From assembly GCF_009914755.1 (NCBI RefSeq), contig NC_060938.1: 64,000 nucleotides of DNA. One strand, written 5' to 3'. Source of the DNA: the human T2T-CHM13v2.0 reference genome, Homo sapiens. The position numbers were made by a program, and so were the translations under genes. Positions 50,444 through 64,000 of the stretch are shown here, piece by piece (position 1 is the first letter of the stretch; the number at the start of each line of letters is the position of its first letter). The notes under the pieces are model-generated. The model worked only from the letters and a program-made list of their open reading frames with translations, ran no database searches and was not told where the DNA came from.

Positions 50444-50609
50444 TGTCAGTATAGAAGAGGAAATGCTATTTGCATTGGTACTAGTGATATAAATGATGAA
50501 ATAATGGTATTGATAAAATTCCTGGATCACATAGGAACAACTACAGCAAAATGTCATGCTTGGTATACTGTCAGTAGCTTTCAAAATTTATTCTTTCTTC
50601 TATTCTTAA

Positions 50610-50960
50610 TACCTGAACTGACCTCCCTGCTGACCATTGTGGCTGCCTACTTGACATCTCCACTGGGGTAAGCAGACATCTCAAACTTAACTGATGTGCG
50701 AGAGAATACTTGATATTTTCATTCCAAATTTATCCTGCTAATGTCCCCATCATCTTATTTCATGGTATCTCTAACCTCCTGGTTTTCATTTCTGGATAAT
50801 AGATGTCATTCTTCTGTCTGGCGCAACTAATCCATTACCAAGTTCTAATGGTTGATTCTATGTATAAAATATACTTTAAAATTCATTCATTTCTCTTTGT
50901 CTCCTCCAGCATCAATGCTGAACAACAAACATCTTTCTCCATGATTACTACATAAACCAT
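50610..50960 (+). mobile_element. L2 fragment
   Basis: CTGCCTACTTGACATCTCCACTGG...CATCTCAAACTTAAC. Confidence 0.7.
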
Positions 50961-51148
50961 TTAAATATTCCAGCAATATTTTGTCAATCTATTTTCTCTT
51001 AAAATTTTTCTATTCTGCTTTTTGTTATTAACCTGATAACACAGAGTATACTTTTTATCATAAATGTTTTAAGCAAGTATATGTTATGAAAAGTGGAAGT
51101 TCTTTTCTTACTCCCCACTACTTACTGTCCCTTTTCTCCCAAGGAGAC

Positions 51149-51446
51149 TTTTTTTTTTTCGAGACAGGGTCTCACTTTGTCAGCCAGGCTGGAGTGCAGT
51201 AGCAAGATCTTGGCTCACTGCAGCCTCCAATTCCCAAGCTCAGGTGATTCTCCGGGCTCAGAGAAGCTGGATACTCACTGTAGCTGGGACTACAGGCACA
51301 AGCCACCAATACCTGGCTAATTTTTTGTAGAAACGGGGTCTTGCCACGTTGCCCAGGCTAGTCTTGGCCTCCTGAGCTGAAAGCAATCCACCCATCTTGG
51401 CCTTCTAAAGTGTTGGGATTACAGGCGTGAGCCAACATGCCTAGCC
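51149..51446 (-). mobile_element. AluJ with a short non-consensus internal patch
   Basis: GAGACAGGGTCTCACT...CACTGCAGCCTC...GTTGCCCAGGCT...GGGATTACAGGCGTGAGCC. TSD AAGGA(G/T)ACTT. Confidence 0.9.
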
Positions 51447-51505
51447 CGAAGGATACTTCTGATAAAAATATAGTATATTTCTTTTATATTCATTTTCAGA
51501 TGAAA

Positions 51506-51590
51506 ATATATGTTTATATGTATGTGTGTGTTGTGTGTATGTGTATATACGTATATATGTATATGTATATACACATACACACACACATAT
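51506..51590. repeat. Compound (TG/TA/CA) microsatellite, self-complementary
   Basis: TGTGTGTATGTGTATATAC (51532-51550) is the exact reverse complement of 51565-51583. Confidence 0.9.
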
Positions 51591-51687
51591 GGGGGCTTAC
51601 ATCTTCTTTAAGTATGCTAATAAATCCATTGTTTTTATCTGGTTTTATCTACTTAGTCTTTTTAAAATTTAAAATAGTGTTCTGGAT

Positions 51688-52585
51688 GGGGGAGGAGCCA
51701 AGATGGCCGAATAGGAACAGCTCCCGTCTACGGCTCCCAGCATGAACTACGCAGAAGACGGGTGATTTCTGCATTTCCATCTGAGGTACCGGGTTCATCT
51801 CACTAGGGAGTGCCAGACAGTGGGCGCAGGCCAGTGGGTGCGCGCACGGTGCGTGAGCTGAAGCAGGGCGAGGTATTGCCTCACCTGGGAAGCACAAGGG
51901 GTCAGGGAGTTCCTTTTCTGAGTCAAAGAAAGGGGTGACGGACGCACCTGGAAAATCGGGTCACTCCCACCCGAATATTGCACTTTTCAGACCGGCTTAA
52001 AAAACGGCGCACCACGAGACTATATCCCACACCTGGCTCGGAGGGTCCTATGCCCATGGAGTCTCGCTGATTGCTAGCACAGCAGTCTGAGATCAAACTG
52101 CAAGGCGGCAGCGAGGCTGGGGGAGGGGCGCCCGCCATTGCCCAGGCTTGCTTAGGTAAACAAAGCAGATCGAACTGGGTGGAGCCCACCACAGCTCAAG
52201 GAGGCCAGCCTGCCACTGTAGGCTCCACCTCTGGGGGCAGGGCACAGACAAACAAAAAGACAGCAGTAACCTCTGCAGACTTAAATGTCCCTGTCTGACA
52301 GCTTTGAAGGGAGCAGTGGTTCTCCCAGCACGCAGCTGGAGATCTGAGAACCGGCAGACTGCCTCCTCAAGTGAGTCCCTGACCCCTGACCCCCGAGCAG
52401 CCTAACTGGGAGGCACCCCCCAGCAGGGGCACACTGACACCTCACACGGCAGGGTATTCCAACAGACCTGCAGCTGAGGGTCCTGTCTGTTAGAAGGAAA
52501 ACTAACAAACAGAAAGGACATCCACACCGAAAACCCATCTGTACATCACCATCATCAAAGACCAAAAGTAGATAAAACCACAAAG
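51688..52585 (+). promoter_or_regulatory. L1 5' UTR: internal sense promoter, antisense promoter region, YY1 site, CpG-rich
   Basis: YY1 motif CAAGATGGCCG at 51699-51709; the largest CpG-dense tract of the window. Promoter function is inferred from the family. Confidence 0.8.
51923..52138 (-). CDS. ORF0: LINE-1 ORF0 (71 aa antisense ORF), intact
   Basis: MAGAPPPASLPPCSLISDCCASNQRDSMGIGPSEPGVGYSLVVRRFLSRSEKCNIRVGVTRFSRCVRHPFL*, 216 nt from the CAT at 52136-52138. Confidence 0.85.
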   Translation of the reverse strand: MAGAPPPASLPPCSLISDCCASNQRDSMGIGPSEPGVGYSLVVRRFLSRSEKCNIRVGVTRFSRCVRHPFL

Positions 52586-53598
52586 ATGGGGAAAAAACAG
52601 CACAGAAAAACTGGAAACTCTAAAACACAGACCTCTCCTCCTCCAACGGAACGCAGTTCCTCACCAGCAACGGAACAAAGCTGGATGGAGAATGACTTTG
52701 ACGAGCTGAGAGAAGAAGGCTTCAGACGATCAAATTACTCGGAGCTACGGGAGGACATTCAAACCAAAGGCAAAGAAGTTGAAAACTTTGAAAAAAATTT
52801 AGAAGAATGTATAACTAGAATAACCAATACAGAGAAGTGCTTAAAGAAGCTGATGGAGCTGAAAACCAAGGCTCGAGAACTACGTGAAGAATGCAGAAGC
52901 CTCAGGAGCCGATGCGATCAACTGGAAGAAAGGGTATCAGCAATGGAAGATGAAATGAATGAAATGAAGCGAGAAGGGAAGTTTAGAGAAAAAAGAATAA
53001 AAAGAAATGAGCAAAGCCTCCAAGAAATATGGGACTATGTGAAAAGACCAAATCTACGTCTGATTGGTGTACCTGAAAGTGATGTGGAGAATGGAACCAA
53101 GTTGGAAAACACTCTGCAGGATATTATCCAGGAGAACTTCCCCAATCTAGCAAGGCAGGCCAACGTTCAGATTCAGGAAATACAGAGAACACCACAAAGA
53201 TACTCCTCGAGAAGAGCAACTCCAGACACATAATTGTCAGATTCACCAAAGTTGAAATGAAGGAAAAAATGTGAAGGGCAGCCAGAGAGAAAGGTCGGGT
53301 TACCCTCAAAGGGAAGCCCATCAGACTAACAGCGGATCTCTCGGCAGAAACCCTACAAGCCAGAAGAGAGTGGGGGCCAATATTTAACATTCTTAAAGAA
53401 AAGAATTTTCAACCCAGAATTTCATATCCAGCCAAACTAAGCTTCATAAGTGAAGGAGAAATAAAATACTTCACAGACAAGCAAATGCTGAGAGATTTTG
53501 TCACCACCAGGCCTGCCCTAAAAGAGCTCCTGAAGGAAGCGCTAAACATGGAAAGGAACAACCAGTACCAGCCGCTGCAAAATCATGCCAAAATGTAA
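52586..53598 (+). pseudogene. ORF1: L1 ORF1p (RNA-binding chaperone), disrupted
   Basis: MGKKQ...coiled coil...RPNLRLIGVPE. A 1-bp deletion near 53224 (ACTCCAGACAC vs ACTCCAAGACAC) causes a stop at 53233. An additional TGA lies at 53272-53274; the canonical stop is at 53596-53598. Confidence 0.93.
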
Positions 53599-53634
53599 AG
53601 ACCATCGAGACTAGGAAGAAACTGCATCAACTAA

Positions 53635-57490
<3,856 letters not shown>

Positions 57491-57879
57491 ACAATGAGAT
57501 CACATGGACACAGGAAGGGGAATATCACACTCTGGGGACTGTGGTGGGGTGGGGGGAAGGGGGAAGGATAGCATTGGGAGATATACCTAATGCTAGATGA
57601 CGAGTTAGTGGGTGCAGCGCACCAGCATGGCACATGTATACATATGTAACTAACCTGCACAATGTGCACATGTACCCTAAAACTTAAAGTATAATAAAAA
57701 AAAGAAGTGTTCTGTAATACAGATGTGCCCTTCTTTATTTGACTCTATTGATAGATATTTAGATTTTATTTTCTATTTTTCTCTCTTTCACAAGCACTGC
57801 CATGATCATATTTTTACATAGATCTCTGGGAACAAGGGAAGCATTTTTTATTTTTTTAAATTTAGAATAAACATAAAAA

Positions 57880-58370
57880 ATTGTATCATCACACAAAAAG
57901 GCTGTTGCATTTGAGAATAAAATCCCAGGTACTTCACAGGTATGACAAAGCCCAACGTTCTAGTGCCTGCCTCGCTTCTGATCATGAGACAACCTTCCTC
58001 TGCCTGTGTCATCCACATTTAATTCCTCCAATATTCCATATTTTTTTTATATGTCATCCTCATCCCCTGGAATGCTCTTTTCCAACTTTTTTTCTGGTAA
58101 CTCTGATTTTACCATCAAGTTTCATTTACATGCTCAATCCTTGGAAATGTGAGTTGTATTCCAATGACTTTATGTCCCCCAATTAATCAGGGGGAAATTT
58201 GTTATAATGTCTTTGTCTTTTATAATATTTCCCTTCCTTAAAGTTCTCATCAAAATTTGCTTCTTTGTTTAATGTCTGCCCCTCCACCTTACCCCTTAAT
58301 ATATAAAATTCCATGAGGGCTGTGAAATGTCATACACAGGGTAGTAACTCAATGAATATTTTCTTGAATG
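57880..58370 (+). mobile_element. L2 3' fragment
   Basis: AGAATAAAATCCCAG...CCCCTGGAATGCTCTTTCC...AATGTCTGCCCCTCCAC...TTCCATGAGGGC...CTCAATGAATATTTTCTTGAATG. Confidence 0.7.
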
Positions 58371-58850
58371 TTAGCTGCTGAACTTGCAATGACCCAGAGG
58401 TCCTTTAGTGCTCAATCCCCAAACAGACAATTAGTTTTTTTATGATGCTTCCTGTGTACAGTTGTTTGTGGGTCAGATTGCTTTGCCTTGGGCTATTTTG
58501 TTTTGAGGAAGAGCTTGCATAAACAGAACTGAACTGTTGACATTTCAAAATTCATGGCACACAGTCATCAGCAGTCTATAAACATCCCCTCTTTTTAATT
58601 TTACTATATTTTACTTTTATTTACCATCCTCAAGCTCATCCTCCAATAGTTATCCACACCTATGTTTTGATGTATGTTTTTTCTCTCCACAATCCATAGT
58701 TTATTTATATACTCATGTATATCTGATAAATATATGGTACCATTTTATGTAGTTTGAAAGATTGACACAAATGAAATTTAGCTGGAAATCTTGTACAATG
58801 TCTGTTTAATCATTTATTATTCTTTCACATCCATACATTTAGCTATGTGT

Positions 58851-59131
58851 GGCTGGGTGCAGTGACTCTTGCCTGTAGTCCTAGCACTTTGGGAAGTCAA
58901 GGCGGGTGGATCACTTGATATCTGGAGTTTGAGACCTGCCTGGCCAACATGGTGAAACTCTGTCTCTACTAAAATACAAAAATTAGCCCGGCGTGATGGT
59001 GGGTGCCTGTAATCTCAGCTACTTTGGAGGCTGAAGCCAGAGAATCACTTGAACCCAGGAGAAAGAGGTTGCAGTGAGCTGAATCATGCCACTGCACTCC
59101 AGAAAATTAAAAAATAGTAAAATAAATAAAC
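58851..59131 (+). mobile_element. AluS lacking its last ~28 nt before the A-tail
   Basis: GGCTGGGTGCAGTG...CACTGCACTCCAG is followed directly by the A-rich tail. TSD TTTAGCTATGTGT at 58838-58850 and 59132-59144. Confidence 0.92.
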
Positions 59132-59377
59132 TTTAGCTATGTGTAAAACTAAGTCATCTTTCTGATCATACTACACAGTATTTTAAAATGTCTATGTGGC
59201 CCATTTTACTTATCTATCCTCCACTGATGAACACTTAAGTTTACCTCTAAATTTTTGTTATCAAAAATGACACACTGCTAGACATTTTTATATATGTATC
59301 CTTCCACATCATGTGGTGCTTTTTCTGGGGTGTATAAGTCAGAATGGAATTGATGGGTCATAGATATGCTTTTATCT

Positions 59378-59795
59378 ATGTTAGTGTTCCGCAAACTGTC
59401 TCTTCTTCCTAGGCTCTCAACTTGACTGTACTTCCCAACCCCCTTTGCAGTTGGGAATGGCCATGTGACTTAGTACAAGCCAATGAGAGATGGATGAGAG
59501 TAACATGAGCCACTTCCAGGCCTGGTCTATAAAGCCCTTCTATGTGCCTTTCTTCCTAATCTTTCCTGGCTGAAATGGTTATGAGCTCAGGGAAGCCCTT
59601 AAGAGCCATGTAATGAAGAGGAAAGAGCAACACACTGGAAGGAACCTGGGTTCCTGAAACACAGGTCACAGAAAAAGCCAACAGACAGGAAGACTGGCAG
59701 TGGACTGCTATATGAGAGTTTTATTCTATTTAAATAACTGAAATTTTGACATGTATTTTTTTTTACTTCAGTGTCTAACATTACTCCAACGAATA
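59378..59795 (+). mobile_element. MLT1H-like MaLR solo LTR
   Basis: TTTGCAGTTGGGAATGGCCATGTGACT...GCCAATG...CACTTCCAGGCCTGG...TGGAAGGAACCTGGGTTCCTGA. Confidence 0.75.
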
Positions 59796-60473
59796 TTGTC
59801 CTTATATCCAGTTTGCCCTAAATAAATCCAGATTGCTCTCAAAAATGGCTGAACAAAATTAAATTTTCAGTTACAAGAAGATTCTCATTTTCTCTCATTC
59901 TACCCAATGCTTGATATTATCTGACCTTGTAATTTCTCCATCAGGTAGATTCAGAAGGAAACCTCAGTTTGATATTTTTAAAATTTGCATATTCCTAATT
60001 GCTGGTGAGTTTATCTCCCTCTGTGCATATTTATTGATTGTTAGGGTTTCTATGAATTATGGTTCATATCATATTCTCACTAATCCATTTGCTTTTTCTC
60101 ATTTTCTATAAATTCCAGACATTGAAGCTTAGTTACTTTTGAATGCTGCAAATATCTTCTCCAACCTAATATCTGTTTGATAACTTTGTATTTTCTTTTT
60201 AAATTGGACCAATATCTTACATTTTCATGAAGCTTAATCTATAAGTTGTTTCTTTAATGCCTTTTGATTTATGGGTCTGTTTTAAGAAATCCTTTTAGTC
60301 CTAAAGACACACCTATAGTCTCCTATATTTTCTTCTGGTAGATTTAAATTTTTTTTTCATTTTTACATTTCTGGCCTATTTAGTCCTAATTTTTAAATAT
60401 GATATGTGGTAGAAATCTAATTTCTTATTCTTCTATATATTGAGCTAATTTTCTCAATACTATTTACTAAATA

Positions 60474-61132
60474 CAGTTGCTCCTTGACCTGTGAAGGGGT
60501 TACACCCTGATAAACTCAATGTTAAGTTGAAAACATGATGTCAAAAATTCAATTAGTGCACCTAACCTATGATGTGTCATAGCTTAGCCTAGATCACCTT
60601 AAATGTGCTCAGAACGAGTACATTACCATAAAGTTGAGCAAAGTCATTTGACACAAAGCCTGTGTTATAATAAAGTGGTGAATAGCTTATGTAATTTATT
60701 GTACTGAAAGTGAAAAATAGAATGGTTGTTTGGGTATTCAAAGTACAATTTTTACTGAATGCATTACTAAATACAGTTGCTCCTTGACTTGTGTGGGGGT
60801 TATACTCTGATAAACTCAATGTAAGTTGAAAATATGATGTCAAAATTTCATTTAGTGCATCTAACCTATGAGATATCATAGGTTAGTCTAGATCACCTTA
60901 AATGTGCTCAGAACAAGTACTTTACCTTACAGTTGAGCAAAGTCATTTGACACAAATCCTTTGTTATAATAGAGTGGTGAATAGCTTATGTAATTTATTG
61001 TACTGAAAGTGAAAAATAGAATGGTTGTATGGGTATTTGAGGTACAATTTTTATTGAATGCATACCACTTTTGCACCATTGAAAAGTTGAAAAGCAGTAA
61101 ACTTAGACCACTGAAAGTTGAAAACTATTTGT
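60474..61132 (+). mobile_element. MER47A (Tigger-derived MITE) with a 300-bp tandem duplication
   Basis: CAGTTGCTCCTTGAC...CATAGCTTAGCCTAG...GTGCTCAGAAC...TACTGAAAGTGAAAAATAGAATGGTTGT occurs twice (units start at 60464 and 60764). Only the second unit continues to the right terminus. Confidence 0.9.
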
Positions 61133-62589
61133 AGTTCATCCTCTAGAAATTGATATACACTAAATTGATATATAAGTGCTTTGGTTTCTATACACTCTAT
61201 TATGTTTATTTGTTCTGTTTATCTAATATTATTTTAGAACTGTGCTGTTTCAATTCCATAGATTTGTAACATGACTGAATGTGATGCAAAAGTGTTCCCA
61301 TTTTGCTCTTTGAAAAATTATATTTCCACTCTATTAAACTTTGTTCTTCCATAGAAAGCTTAGGATCATTTTATTTTTCCCCCAGCTCATAAATATAATT
61401 TTAATTGGAATTTAATTTTATTTTATTAAGTAATTTGAAGATAATTGATATCTTTACAATCCCGCTATGTATACGGCTGACCATTTACTGAGATCTATGC
61501 TCTTTATTAGTCTGAAATTTTTCTCTACACAGGTCTCAAACAATCTTTATGTGATTAATTACTAAAATCTCTAGATACATAGGATGGTAGAGATAGAGAC
61601 AATAAATAGAGACATTGTAAATAGTATTTACTTTATTGTATTGCATTTAAATTGGCAATTACTGTGGTGTAGAAGCTTATTAAGTTTATTGATATATTAT
61701 CCTCTAGTCATGCTAAATTCTTTTATTAGGTTTAGTGTTTTGTCTCATGGTATTCTTATATTTGAAAGGACAAATATTTACGCCTCTTTTTGTTTCCTCT
61801 CCTTATGTCACTCGGGCATAACTCTAAACACTATGGTGAGCAATAACAAGAACAGAAAGTACCCCCCCCCCCTTTTTTTTTAAACCACCTTGAACGGGAT
61901 GCTTCTAAAGCTTCTCTCTTTAGAAATAATGCCTTCTGTAGATGAAGGTAGATTGACTTTATAAAGATACGAGAATTTCTTTGTAATACCTGGGTGTTTA
62001 TGTTTATCAAGTAAATATTTTGAGATAAGAGATTTAGCAATCTTCTTGGAATCCTGAGGGATGAGGAAAAAGTACAAGTCATAGATCCCAATAAGATATA
62101 GTTTTTACCCACAAAATGTTTTCAATATATTCAATGAACAATTCATATGTAGAACGAAGTATTCCCCCATGAATGAATAGCATAGCAGAGTAGATTATAC
62201 TGTGTGCACAAAAGTACTATCTTTGTAGTTTACATATATGCTTGTACACACTATCAGTTAATTTTAAAACTTCATCTTTTGAATATGGTAAATTTCAAGA
62301 TTCTTATGCAATCAGTGGGAGGCTTGTGATCTCAATCTTCTATATAAGTCTCTGTCTTTTTATTTTGTCTCTTACATCCTAATTTTTATCATATCATTGC
62401 CTATATTTAGAATAACCTTACAATCAGTCCTCACCTTTTGAAATCTCACCTATCACTGAAGGTGGAGTTTAAATGTGCTCTCCTTCCAGAAAGAAGTCTT
62501 CTTCATGAATATGTACAGAAACAATTACAAATCACTGATTTCAGATTAGTTCTTGTTTCTATAACCCTATGAGCTCTATACCTTGCATT

Positions 62590-63620
62590 AGCTTTAACTT
62601 TTAACAAGTATGTACTGAGTTATCACATGTATTAGGTACTAGAAATAGAAAGATGAAAACAAAATTGTTGTGCCTGCCCCTAAGTAAGTCAGTCTACATA
62701 GGGAACTATATATACTTGCAAATAAAATGTAATGTGATAAGCTCAGTAATTTCAGGAACAGATGAAACAGAAAAGAAGGAATGAGCAGTTATATGTGGAG
62801 TATAGAAAAACCTTCACAGAGAAAATAATAGAAGCTGGAATACAAGGGGGAAGGCATTTCAGACAGAAGCCTCTGTATCTGACAGAGGATTTTGAGGCAT
62901 GAAATAATATGTTTTTGCAAAGCAATGAATAACTTGAATCGTTGGTTGAATATACAGCACACATGAGTGTGGGGAATGGGCAGAGGGAATGATGGGAGGT
63001 GAGACTGAACAGGTATGCAACACCCAGTTTGTAATGAATTTTACACGGTATGCTAAATATCTGTGAATTCATTTTTAAGTAGTAAAGTCCTATTGAGAGG
63101 GTTTATGCATGAAGAAACACAATCAGATTTATACTTGGACAAGATTAGTCTGTCACCACTGTGAATGATTTATGAAAGAGTGGAAGAGGGAGGAGATACC
63201 AGAGGCAGCTACTACCGATAAACCAGGTGTGATGATAAAGTTGTGAGTCTGTAGCATCTGAGAGGGAAAGGAGGGCACACTTAGATGATATTCAGAAGGA
63301 AAACCCAGGAAGACTTTCTGAGTTATTAACAGAGATGTATAAGGAAATGGGAGTTTTCTTTTTTAGGTACTATTCAGAGTGAGTGTTACAGAAAGGAGAA
63401 TCAGTTTTATTGGATTTATTCAAGTTTGGTATGTAGAAATAGAAAATGAGAGAGGCGGATTAAATGTATGAGACTGCAGCTCAGAAGAGTACCAAAATAA
63501 GAGTTGAAGGTCTTAAAAAAAAAACCTCACGTCATCATCCATATGGTAGCTGGAATCATGGGGTTGCTTAAGACTGCTCAGAATAAGAATATGCAGTGAG
63601 AAGGTCTCTTAAAGCCCTAA
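62590..63620 (-). mobile_element. L2 fragment
   Basis: AACAAGTATGTACTGAG...TGCCTGCCCC...ATTGAGAGGGTTTATGCA...ATCAGATTTATACTT...GCAGCTCAGAAGAG. Confidence 0.7.
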
Positions 63621-64000
63621 GTGCTACCAAATTTAGTGTGGGAACTGAAGAAGTGAATCCATGAATGTAGCCTGAAAAGAATAGTCAAAGATATAGATGA
63701 AAAACAAAGTGTTGACATAAAAAACACGATTCTGGGAATATCTTAGCACTCTGTCCCTAGAAAATTCTGTCAGTATTCTCATTGGGTTTAACATCCACTT
63801 AGGCGATTCTTTCATTTCCTGGCTTCTCAGTTCCTTGAGGGCCATTACATATGATATTTTTTAAATTTGGCTTACAGTCAGAGGCTTATCCAATTAATTT
63901 ACTATGTTAAACCAGTATTTAACAAATAAAAGAAGAAAGAATACAGCAGGAATGGATTTTAAAAACCATCAGGGTGTATTGTGTGAAATGGGTATTATGG

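Larger units (their letters stand above)
58580..62100 (-). mobile_element. Old L1 (L1ME-like) remnant interrupted by an Alu, an MLT1 LTR and MER47A
   Basis: Degenerate motifs GGAATTGATGGGTCATAG, CCAGATTGCTCTCAAAAATGGCTG, TGCAAATATCTTCTCC and TTTAAGAAATCCTT. Confidence 0.65.

Noticed and set aside
57541-57568. G-quadruplex-like G-run tract
   Set aside because: A standard feature of the L1 3' UTR.

Overview
AT-rich, CpG-poor primate genomic DNA. An L1PA2-type element points to a hominid such as human or another great ape. Roughly half or more of the window is interspersed repeats, and I cannot recognise any host protein-coding exon. It contains a full-length young L1 (L1PA2-like, + strand, 51688-57703) with ORF1 disrupted, ORF2 open for 1088 codons and an intact antisense ORF0. 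It also contains an internally deleted L1PA7-like element, several old L1M/L2/MIR fragments, seven Alus, a complete THE1C provirus, several MaLR/ERVL solo LTRs and DNA-transposon MITEs. Subfamily names come from my recall of consensus sequences, not from a RepeatMasker run. Four things stand out that the repeat catalogue does not explain. (1) A 116-bp near-perfect CpG-rich palindrome at 44650-44765 (54-bp arms, 2 mismatches) lies inside a 142-bp segment flanked by 9-bp direct repeats and looks like a young fold-back/template-switch insertion and candidate de novo hairpin RNA. (2) A 149-bp near-identical tract between otherwise ~15%-diverged THE1C LTRs suggests gene conversion. (3) A 29-bp tandem duplication doubles a consensus ISRE next to a consensus splice donor. 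(4) A decayed MER47A carries a 300-bp tandem duplication. The sequence alone does not establish a new biological system; the palindrome is the best lead.
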